From Chromera velia (lineage: Eukaryota), in contig JAHBMJ010000133.1 in the NCBI GenBank assembly GCA_018398765.1, positions 1 through 56,768 of the forward strand: a stretch of DNA of 56,768 bases, read 5' to 3'. The notes beneath the pieces were generated by a model. That model saw nothing but the letters and a program-made list of their open reading frames with translations, had not been told where the DNA came from and searched no databases. This document shows positions 30,052-41,173 of this stretch, piece by piece (the first letter of the stretch is position 1; each line of letters opens with the position of its first letter). Both the position numbers and the translations under genes were made by a program.

Positions 30052-32041
30052 GGGGAGAGAGAGGGGGAGAGAGAGAGTGAGGAAAGAAAGAGACACAGCC
30101 CGACCAACCCAACAGACTCACCACACGATCCCTGACGACCCTCTGCACCCGTCTCTTCTGGGCGTCATATGCCGTCAGGACTCCCACTTGGGACGCAGAG
30201 ACGGGAAAGCTCTGGGGCCACTGCGGCCCCCCCCCAAGGATTGCCCAAAGGATTGTGGCGACGACCTCGGCTTCCCTGCAGGGGGTGGGTGGCCAGGTGA
30301 GAAGGGGTGAGGAGGGGAGGGAAAATGAGAGCGACAGAAAGCGACAAGTGAAGCCTTTCTCCCCTTCTTGCACACCATCCAAGCCGTCAATCCCCATGTC
30401 CTGTCCTGTTTCTTTGTCTCCTCTCTGTAGCGCCCCCCCATGCAGCCAGCCGATGAAGAAAGAATTCAAGTCAACGACCCAAACAGCCAAAGAAGGAGGA
30501 TCAGAGCAAGCTGACTGATCAACCGACCTCAAGTTCACTCTCGACGTCCCTGCCGCCTCCTCGAACCCCTCTCCCATCATTCCCATATCGGCAGGGGACG
30601 CATCAACAAAACAGACCCGGCAGTTCGGGTGGGGCCAGGGGAAACCGGAGACCGGGGGTCGCAGGTGGTCAGGCACTGCATGCAGTCATCAAGGCAGGAA
30701 GAAATAAATAAATGAATGAATGAGTGAATGAATGAATAGAGAGAGAAAGAGTCCATTGCAGGAGAAGATATTCAGGAAGGAAAACGCCGCCGAGAAAAAA
30801 TGATGACTACAAAACCATCAATTCCCGTCTCTCTCTGCCAGCAGTCACAGGCATCACATGCAGCAGCACGGCGAGAAACCGAGACATGGAGGGAGTGAGT
30901 CGATTTCCATTGAGTTCTGTCTTCTTTCTCTTTCGTTCTCTTTGCTCGTCGATCAGCATTTCGGATTGTGCCTTTTTCGAGTCTGAAGCGGACGTGAGTG
31001 TCACACAGACCGACGAATGAAGAGGGAACCTCGTTTCGTCTCTTTGAATGTCTCTCTGCACTGCCACGAGATAGATGAGAGACATGCTGACTGACCTTCA
31101 TCGTCAATGATCCCTGCGTAGAAGTGGTGGTTGGGGAACTCCTGCACCCACGCACGCAGACACACAGACACGATGAGAGACAAACAAAAGGCATTCTGGC
31201 ACTGATTCACTCACTCAATTTTACGTGCTTCTTCAGTCACTCTCTCAATCAGATACTTCAGCTTTCATTGCAGGGATATGTTGAGATGGGCGATTGAAGC
31301 ACATCCTAGCTGACACAGGCAGGCCAGAAGCACATATGGATCTCTCCATGCAGAAAGAGATGGATGGATAGGCAGATAAGAAAGAAAGAGTGAAAAAATG
31401 ACTACAACTCAAAGGACACAGCTCAGCTAGATCTCCCTTCAGTCAGGCATTATTCACTGCATAGAGATCACAAGGAAGGAATCAAGACAAGAAGTCGACC
31501 CCCATCTGAGAACTCAAACCCCGTCTCTCTGAAAGACACATGGAGGAGTCAACGGTCAGTTTAACCCAGACCCCCCCCCCNCCCACACGCGCAAACGATT
31601 TATATTCTTGATTGCTTGCTCTGACCGAGATCGACGGGTGCATTCTTCTTTGAACGTCCAGCACGTGCAGAGGCGCCGCCCTGCTGGTCACAAGCCGCTC
31701 GAACAAGGAGATGTCCAGACCTCTCAGGGCTGCCTCTTGGTCCAAGATCGTGGGGGGCAGCTGCTTGTGGTCCCCGATGAGAACCACGCGGTCTGCCTGG
31801 TGTCCCAGGGCTACCAGGTTCTTCGGCTCTGAAGGCAAAGAAAAGAAAGAAGTGCATCTTTCGAGTTTGGACCAGTCGTCGATCTTCTTCTTATCGCTTG
31901 CTTGAAAAGAAACGCAATACATTTATTTGCGGTCTGTGTGAAGACCATCCAGATTCCCCCCCCACCCCTCCCCCCTCGGGCGCGCTCGCAGCCGATGAAG
32001 CGAAACAGACGGCCGATAACCGATGCACCACAACACACACA

Positions 32042-32081
<40 letters not shown>

Positions 32082-32311
32082 TCCAAAATGCCACAGAGAG
32101 GGGAGCCTAGAAAGAGGGGAGAAGGCGCCATCTTTGTATCACACCCACTGGGTGGTTCATCGAAATTCAACCAGACGTTCACTCACTGAGTCAGTCACCC
32201 ACTCACCGATGGACTGGGTACACTCATCGATTATCACACGTTCGAACACGTACTCCTCCAAGAGCTCATGCCCAGCCCTGCACGAATTGGAGCAGAAACA
32301 AAGAAAGAAAC

Positions 32312-32342
<31 letters not shown>

Positions 32343-32471
32343 GAAAGACAGACAGACAGACAGAAAGAAAGAAAGAAAGAAAGAAGGAAACAAAGAAAGA
32401 AAGGAAACAAAGAAAGAAAGAAAGAAAGAAGGAAAGAAAGAAAGAAAGAAAGAAAGAAAGAAGGAAAGAAA

Positions 32472-32507
<36 letters not shown>

Positions 32508-32560
32508 GGAAACAAAGAAAGAAAGAAAGAAAGAAAAGAAAGAAAGAAAGAAAGAAAGAA

Positions 32561-32592
<32 letters not shown>

Positions 32593-32599
32593 GAGGAAG

Positions 32600-32654
<55 letters not shown>

Positions 32655-32783
32655 AAGAAAGGAAGGAAGAAAAGAAAGAAAGAAAGAAAGAAAGAAAGAA
32701 GGAAACAAAGAAAGGAAACAAAGAAAGAAAGAAAGAAAGAAAGAAGGAAACAAAGAAAGAAAGGAAACAAAGAAAGAAAGAGA

Positions 32784-32865
<82 letters not shown>

Positions 32866-35800
32866 AAGAAAGAAAGGAAAGAAAGAAAGAAAGACAGACA
32901 GACAGACAGACAGAGACAGAGAGACAGAAAGAACATTCCAGAGGAAGGAAGCTTCATTCAAGTGCCTGCAGGAGAGATGTGCCTGCAGGAGAGATGAACT
33001 GTCTCCCTTCTCTTTCTGGCAAAAACGGAGACGAAGACCGAAAAGAGAGAGACACACACTTCTGTGCGGAACGCAGCGTCAGCCCGTTCATCAATCCATT
33101 CACGATCTTCCGATACGATCCCCCCTCAATACAAAGTGACATCATCGAAGGCACCCTGCCGCCAGCCCACAAAAGAGAAACTCCAATCCCATCAACCGTG
33201 CAGACGTTGCTGCGACACCCCCCGCACACACCCAAACCCACCCGATGCACGTAGAAATGATCACGTCGTTCCTCCTGAGCGCCTGCGGAGAGAGACCAAC
33301 AAAACAAGATATTTTATTTGACCAAACACCGGAAACCAAACCAAGAGAGACTCCGGAAATTACTTATAGGCCGGAAGCGGAAGCGCACTCCTTCTTTGCT
33401 GACGCCCAAACGAAGAGAAAGGAGGACAAAAACGTACTACTAGACCGAGTGAGTAACCACTCGTGTCCAGAGAAATGAAACGCCATCTCCCCTAGCTGAG
33501 ACAATCAATCGAAGTGCGCCCACCTACCTGGAACATCAGCTTCATTCTCTCTTGCGTTGCCTCTCTGAAGTGGCCCTGTGCCTTCAGGTCCATATACTGT
33601 GGAAATCCGGGGAGGTCTGCAGGAGGGAAACACGAGTACAGGTAGGCTTTGCTGATATGCTGCTGTAAGCACAGGAAACAGGCAACACCCTTCAACGAAA
33701 GAGCGTGACAAAGGAAATGTACAGATGTCCATTTTAGCGAAAAACAGAGGGAACTGCAATGTTCATTCGAAGCTCCTTGACACCAAGATACAAAGAAGGG
33801 ACCAGAACACCGGGCAAAAAACAAATGAAACACACCTGTGCGCTGACTCACTGACTGACAAAACTTTTCATTGCTGGAAGGAAGGTTTGGCTCTCATCTT
33901 TCTTCTGCATCACTTCTTTCGATCATGATCATACTGAGCAGCACGTTTGTGTGTTTGTTTGAAAACAACCCAGTTAGTTCACTCACTGTTTGCTCGACTC
34001 ACTCACGTTTGATGGCCTGCTCTTGAAGCTGGAGGTCCGACCCCGACCCGATCCTCACGGCCGGCACCCCTCTCTGCTGGAGGCCCAACATCAGGTTATC
34101 TGCCGCCACGTTGCTGTCGGCCACTGCGAGGATCTTCCTCCCAGGAGCCTCCCACCTCCAGCTAGCAATAATGGCACACGCTGTGTGGGTCTTCCCTGTG
34201 CCTGGAGGGCCCTGAATTAGCGTCAGACGGTTGCGCATTGCATACCGCACCGCCAGGTTCTGTGCGCGTGTGAGAGGTATGGGTGTGTGAATGCGAACAT
34301 TTCCCAGCGCACGATCCAACCCAGGCACCTCCAGGGCAACAACATCTGTCCTCTCGGGGGCCTGCTGGTGGCCTTCTGACGCACCGACTGCCCCCTGTGG
34401 CGGCATTTGTGGGGGTGCAGGACAGAGGGGAGGGAGGGCATTGATGGACGATAGACCCCCCTGAGGATGGAGGAATGCAGCAGAGCTGCTGCTGGAGGCG
34501 GAAGCCATGGGCGGAGGCGGGGCCTGAGGGAGGGGCGGGGGCGGGACATCTGTCTGGTAGCCCATGTGGGGCGCGCCTCCGTAGAGCGCCTGTTGGTGTG
34601 GCAGCTGTGGCGCTTGCGCCTGGTTCAACATGCCCGCCGCGTTCTGTGCATACCCGAGCGAGTTCTGCTGGGCCTGTAAGAGATTCGCGTCGAGTGCTGA
34701 GAAGCCAGTGGGCGCGACACCGGCAGGGGGGAGCTGCCTCGGCAGGGCTGTGGGACGTCCTGGGAAGGGAAGGGAAAGAGGCAGGCAAAAAGGGAAGGAG
34801 GGACTGTGAAGGAGGAAGCAGAGAAGACACGAAGACACAAAGAAAACAAGCGTACACAGAGACTCAAAGAACATGGTACTGATCGTTTCCATCTCCCATC
34901 ATTGATTGCTAAAAGGACTTCCGTTAAACTCGACTAAACCTCCGTTCGTTATGAACTCTCCAGATGACTCCTCGACAGGACGTATGGTCATCAAAGCTAC
35001 TGTGACGTTCATGAAGCACAAATTGATCCCGAAAGACAAAATCTCCTGCAGACAGAGAAACACTCGAAAGTGACTGACAGACTGACTAAAGGACAGACCG
35101 ACAGACCGACCATCAGGGGGCGTCCAGTCTGCAGGCCTTCTCCTTCCATGCAGACCTCCCCCTGGGGACCCTGCTGCGCCGTCCCCCTGCCCCCCCGTCT
35201 GCTGGTTTGGGGGGTTTCCGTTGGGTCCATTGGAGAAGAGGGCCTCGTTGGCCAACAGACAGGTGGCTACTGGAGACTTCCATTCGTTTACGTGACTCGA
35301 GAGGGAGTCGATGTCATGAGCATCGGGCTGGAATGCAAACTCGACCGCGTTCACACCGACAGAACGGCCTCCCTTCTCGTCTCCGTAGTGTTTTCCGTAA
35401 GCGGTTCGGGGCACAAAGAATGGGTGGGAGGGGAGGGGATCAAAGGCTCGGGAGGTGCCTTCTGTCATCTCTCCGTCTGCAGCGAGCAGGCGGGCCATCG
35501 GGTGCTGCGGGTGCATGAGGAGAAATCGGAGTTCTTTTGAGAATTTATAGGGGGGGGCTTTCTGTCGAGACGGGAATCTCCAAAAGGTGAGGGCCCGAAG
35601 AGCGTCAGTTGTGCGTTGAAAGATCAAAGCAGGGGCCAGATATGTCACCTCATACTCCCCCCCTTGACCGAATCCCTCAGGGGAACACTCTAGCGTTGAC
35701 GCACGCAGACTGAGGGTCAACGCTCCAGGAGCGTTATTGCACGAGACGATTTCGGCAACAAAAGAGGAACTGCTGGCTGAAGACGAACCGACGCCAGCGG

Positions 35801-38057
35801 TAGTAGACGACACGGACATGCCCCCGCCGATTGTTCGACTCGACAGAGAACGACCGAGACCCCCCCCTCCAGCGGACATTGACTGGCTTGCTGCTGCAGA
35901 GTTCATCAACCCCCCCCCCCCTACTGCTGCACTTGCGTATGCTCCGGCAGAACCGGAGCCTCGGGAGAGCAGAGCGCCGTCTCTGCTCGGAGGGTCTACA
36001 GGTGGAGGGCTGTGCTGCGGGGGTGTGGCGGGTGGGAATGAAGAAGAGCCTGTGATCTCTCTGGAGACTGGCCGGACAAGGACGAAATCCCCCTCCCTGG
36101 CAGGCTGACCCTCGTTCCACAAGAACCCCTTTGCCTCAACACCGGGGGAGACGGCGTGCAGATTAATCAACGGGTAGGCTGCCTTCGAAGTTTGCTGACA
36201 CCGCAATTTGCCATTTGCCTGGGGCCCTGTCGATGCGCCTAGACTCGTAGTGGATGCATTCGGATCCCCTCCCCCAACACTAGCACCTGCAACTGCCGCC
36301 TCCCTATCACCCCTGTCAACCCCCCGACTTCCCAACTCTGCCCGTCTTTCCATTGCCAGCATGGTACGATACTGGACAAAATAGTCGAGTGTCGCTTCAG
36401 AGGCAAAACTCTCGGCATCTATAGGAAACTCCGAGAGAAGTTTCAGCGCCAACGGCGCTACATCCTCTCTGCGTACTAAAGCTGAGTCATCCAACAGCGC
36501 CTCCCACAAATCGAGAGGCATCTGTTGGTTGACCTTCCCACTTGCCTCATTCCCCGTTGCTGCTGCCTTGAGATGTTCAAACAGACTCTGCATTTGGGCC
36601 TCATGGCCTCGAGCAAGAAGGAGACGGAAAAGGGGGCGGAGAAAAAGACGCCACACACCGATGGTACAGCTGTTCATACGAATCAGCTCAAGAGCCTCTC
36701 TGTGTGCGTTATCCAACTCCCACTTATCCACATACCCCACCACCTTCTGGGCCTTTGTTCGAAGTTGAGGATCTACAGCATCAATCAAGCCACTGTCCTG
36801 CAACATCTTCAAAGCAGCTGCTGCACGTGCGACCTGTTTAGACGACCCTACCGCTCTCCTAGTCGCATCCTGCCCCCTCCCCTCGGCGTCACTCCACTGC
36901 CATTGGACGGTGGCACTGAAGTAACCAACCTGCTGGAGGGGAATGACAGAGAACGTGCTCTTGATGTTGTGACGAGCACACAATTCGTTGTGCAGACAGT
37001 TGATGCGTCCTGCCTCTGTTTTGTCGAGACTCGAACTCTCTGGGTCTACAGGGGGGGCAGGGGGCGGTTGTCGTTTCTTCGACGGCTGCTGCTGAGGCGG
37101 GACGGGCGAGGGGGGACCCAAGAGGGGCCGGGGGTGCCCGGATGAAACTGCGGCCTCAACCTCTGGACGCACCTTCGAGGCTTCGGCATACATCACCTGC
37201 AAGCAAGCAGGCAGGTAACGAGACGTCATCAATCAGCGTTTTGAATCGATCAGCGTTTTGAGGGAGAGTGAAAGAAAGCACAAGAAAGAAAGAGTGATGA
37301 GAACAGAACCGATGATTCACTGATCGAAATGGAGAGTCCATCAGAAGACACCTGCCTGTCTGCCTGTCTGCCACCCTTCCCCAAGCTCTGTTCTGTCTTT
37401 TTTCTTTCTTTCTCTCACCTGCAGGGCCTTCATGTTGGCTTCTTCCTTTGTCAGCCCTCTGCCGACAGAATTGAGGACAATCACTCGACCCCGCCCGGGA
37501 ATGCGCCACTTCAGTCGGGACTCAAAGGAGCTCCCTGCAAGAACGCACACACCACAGGTGATGTGACAACCAGATAAATAAATGAAAACTTTGAGAGAGA
37601 AAAGAAAAAAAGCAGAAACCCTTTCAGAGAAAGAAGGACATCTGGGCTTCTCACCCAAAGATCGCTCCTTCCTTCCGCCTCACTTACTTTCTCTTCCACC
37701 GAATACTTTCAAACTATGGATCAAACCCAGCCAACACGGACAGACAGACAGACAGACAGACAGACAAAACGAAAGAAACCAGACATCATGCATGCATGCC
37801 TCATCCAGTCCCACTGTTGCACTTCATTCATTCAATTGAAGAATCGAAAGGAAGGAAGGAAGGAAGGAAGGACGTACCGATTCGTTGGGACATCAGAGCC
37901 CCCGCCTGGGCGTCTACTTGGCCCTTCATGTTGTTCGTCATCCACTTCGTCAGGTTGTCCAGTTCCTGCATGTGGACACATAAATAAATGGACACAAACT
38001 TTTACACCCACGTACACGGCTCCATCAACATTTGTTTTTTCGGGCCACATACAAAGA

Positions 38058-38092
<35 letters not shown>

Positions 38093-40056
38093 CCACACAC
38101 ACACACACGCGAGAGAGATGGGGAGAACTTTCGTCCATCAGTCACTCCCCTGACCATGCACACAACGAAGTGAATCGACCCACGAACGAACCGAAAAGGA
38201 GGGCTGAGGAAGCCTCTGCAGAGCCATACGGCACGCGGACTTCTTTGCATCTTTCTTGGAGGCTGCCTGGGTCCTCAGGGTCATCGGCTGCACACACAGG
38301 ATGAATAAATAAATGCATAAATAAGCAAATAAGTGCATGAATAAGCGAACATACAGAGAAAAGGAAAAGAAGAGGAAAAGAAATTAGATGGGAGCGCATT
38401 GCTGCTTTCAGATGCTTCTGCACTCCCCGCCTTGCATGTCAAATGGGTGCCCCCCCCCACCTGTTGTTTGTCGGCCCCCTCAGATTAGGCCAGGCCCTCC
38501 CGATTCTCTCCCTCCCACAATGCGTGCAGCCGTTTGGATGGAATCTTCTGCTGCCGACACACAGCAACAAAAACTTCAACAGACAGAGAGACCGACCTCT
38601 GGTCTCATGTCAATCTTCAGGTCGCACACCCAAGGAAGAGGGGCGGCGGGGGGACTGCCCTTCCGGCCCGCAGAAGACGGCATGTGGGCCGAACGCGGCT
38701 GGCTGTAACTCTCTGTGCACCGCGCATTCAGGGCCTGCAGGCGGGTGGGCAGTCAGACAGATCGAGAGAGAGAGAATTGAGAGGACAGTCAAAAACCAGG
38801 ATGGCGATCGGACTGCATCAATGAGAAGTCACCCAACCGAGGCATAAGGAAAGAAGATAAACGCGAAAAGCAGGCAAGCGTCAGGGAGACAGAGAATCCG
38901 ACTGCAATCAAACCGATCGGAGGGGTGAATGGATCGCAGCATCTCCAACAAGCCGAGCCCAGTCCCCAACCTTCCAAGAATACGACCGCCCCAGAACTGA
39001 TTGATCCCCTCCCCCCCGGGCCTCATCCCCGCCCCCCATGCAGGGAAGGGCCAGCTGGGCCAGACCGACCTGAGTCCGCATAGAGAACGCACAGAGGACC
39101 GAATCGTCGTCCCACATGTGTTCAACAAAGTCGATCGGCTGGTCGGGAGGGGGAGACTCAACCACCGGAAACTCTTCCACAGGAAACTGCTGCTGCTGTT
39201 GTTGCTGCTGCCCCCCCATCATCATCTGCCCCCCTCCTGCGGCACCTGGACCCCCCATACCCATGGCCATGCCCATTCCGTACTGCTGCTGCTGCTGCTG
39301 CTGAGGGTAGGCGTTGTGGTGCAGCTGCTGATGCTGGCCGTACTGGTAAGCACTCGATTTCTGTGAGTGTTGCTGCTGCATGTTGAAAGCTTGCTGCTGA
39401 TGCAGAGACGCGGGCTGCTGCTGTTCCGGTTGTTTGAGGGGACGCCACTGGGCGACGGTCATCATCGCGGGCTGCTCTAGAGAACCGTCCCCAGCCGCCA
39501 TACCCACAGGAGCACCGTATTGCCCCGACGCAGCAGCAGCAGTACTCGATGATGAGGAGGCAGCAGTGGACGAAAATGGGGCTGCTGCGGCATTCAGACC
39601 TCGTGATCCTAGGCTACTCGAAGGCGCAAGAGGAAGAGACGGGTTAGTGAAACCCAGAGCAGAAACAGAAGCAGAAGCAGAAGGGGAGGCTCCTGTCTGC
39701 GCAAAGGGCATAGAGCCTGCAGCACCAAACGGCTGCTGGTAATGTCCTGCGGGCATATGATTGGCATTCTCAGCCTGGGGAGGGTCCATCCCTCTGCCGA
39801 AAGGTCGGACGGCGTCTCCTGCCGCTCCTGCACCTCCCCCCCCACCCCTCCCCCCACCCCTCCCTCCTCCTCTGGGACCACCCCTGTAGCCCCCTCGGTA
39901 TCCTGCAGAAATCAGTCAGCAAGAGAGAAAACGATGACCAAGCTGCCACTAGAGTGTGTGGGGCTGTTAGAAAGGGGAAAACTGGGAAGGACGCAGAAAC
40001 ACCCATGCACAAAGTCCAATTGCTGAACCAACCCAACCCCACGCACCACTTCGCAT
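28324..40056 (-). CDS. Upf1-like (DNA2/NAM7, SF1B) helicase with RGG/Q-rich N-terminus and three dsRNA-binding-like domains; about 19 exons
   Basis: Helicase motifs in order across exons: QGPPGTGKT (~34200), [27 protein letters not shown] (~32225), [61 protein letters not shown] (~29400), [23 protein letters not shown] (~28970), WGPWMRW; stop at 28324. The start at 40056 (MRSG|YRGG) is inferred. Confidence 0.9.
32295..32930. repeat. (AAAG)n/(GA)n purine-rich simple repeat, intronic
   Basis: Directly visible. Confidence 0.97.
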
Positions 40057-40328
40057 CGCCAACTGGAAAGCCGACACTCTGTCAAATGCAGAGAGACCAA
40101 GAACTGTTCGCATCAAATACCACAATCTCACTATACAACCACCGCTCTTTTCTTGCCCGATTAGTCGCCGTCTCTGGAAGCACTAAAGCTTCCAGAATGA
40201 GACGGTTCAACGATCAGATGAAACGAGCGCCTCTCTCTCAGTCCTCCGCTCTGACCCCAAGAACCCTTCTACGCACATCCGCACTCTCGACGTGAATGCA
40301 TGCATGCGTGACTGTCAGGGGGGGACAC

Positions 40329-40997
40329 TCAGCTAGTGTGCTTTCGCAGAAAGTTGATCAGCAGTTCAGTTGTCAGAGTGTCAAACGGCTTTTTGAATTT
40401 CAGTGGTGGCTCTTTCTTCAATTCAAGCTTCAAGTCCGTGCGAACACCAGCCACGCCGTCTCCTCCAAAGTCCTCAATACTATATACTAAGGGCAATCTG
40501 TCAAGCACACAGACACTGCTCTCTGTACTAGCATCCCTCAAAGAGCTTGGCCACGGTGAAGAGTAACCGATGGTAGCAGAAGGCCGATTCCTGACGTCCA
40601 GAGCTGCTGTCATGGTACGAGAATTTCGACAAACTCCCAGTTGTGTTGCCCTGTGAGCACACGCACTCCCTAAAGTCAGAAGGAAAAAAGCAAACCTCTG
40701 AGCCCTCCTGTGATTGCCGCTCTTGTCGAGTGTCTTTTGTTTTTCCCGAAGATGTCCTGTCTGAGAAGGAGCGATGACGCTCCATGGCCTGGAGGGATGC
40801 GGCCAGACCCCGCCTACGGTGGCTACCCGAACCCCTTTGAAATTGGAGCCCGCACAGCGCAATCTGTCTTCGTCAGTCAGCGGCTGCAGGATTGGATCAG
40901 CCGAAAGAAACAATGAGAGAGACTGTCTGACCAATGGGTCACGCACACTTGCCTTCCCTGCTGCCTTCAGTTGTCCTCGCTTTGTGTGTCGATGCAT
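40329..40997 (-). CDS. Hypothetical small multi-exon protein
   Basis: Phase-consistent splicing gives ...FKGVRVATVGG|GNTTGSLSKFSY...FCYH|RLPLVYSIEDF...TTELLINFLRKHTS*. No recognised family. Confidence 0.3.
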   Translation of the reverse strand: MHRHTKRGQLKAAGKASVRDPLVRQSLSLFLSADPILQPLTDEDRLRCAGSNFKGVRVATVGGVWPHPSRPWSVIAPSQTGHLREKQKTLDKSGNHRRAQRFAFFLLTLGSACAHRATQLGVCRNSRTMTAALDVRNRPSATIGYSSPWPSSLRDASTESSVCVLDRLPLVYSIEDFGGDGVAGVRTDLKLELKKEPPLKFKKPFDTLTTELLINFLRKHTS

Positions 40998-41135
40998 GCA
41001 CTGGATAGGTCGTCGTCTATCTTTGTGTCTGCAAACTTCCCATGGCGCCTTGTCTTCTCTTTGTGTGTCGATGCACTGGATAGGTCGTCGTCTATCTTTG
41101 TGTCTGCAAACTTCCCTTGGCGCCTTGCTCTTCTC
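40980..41135. repeat. Two-copy tandem repeat of a unit of about 75-79 bp, just upstream of the DHHC gene
   Basis: ctttgtgtgtcgatgca(tgca)ctggataggtcgtcgtctatctttgtgtctgcaaacttccc(a/t)tggcgccttg occurs twice. Confidence 0.92.
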
Positions 41136-41173
41136 CCTTCCCGAAACCAGTTCCTTCTTCTCTCCCTTTTACG

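Noticed and set aside
32023..33254. KERK/FLSF-rich ORFs
   Set aside because: Translations of an intronic (AAAG)n repeat
28324..40056. Calling the helicase UPF1
   Set aside because: No N-terminal Cys/His-rich domain was found, and the dsRBD-like architecture differs
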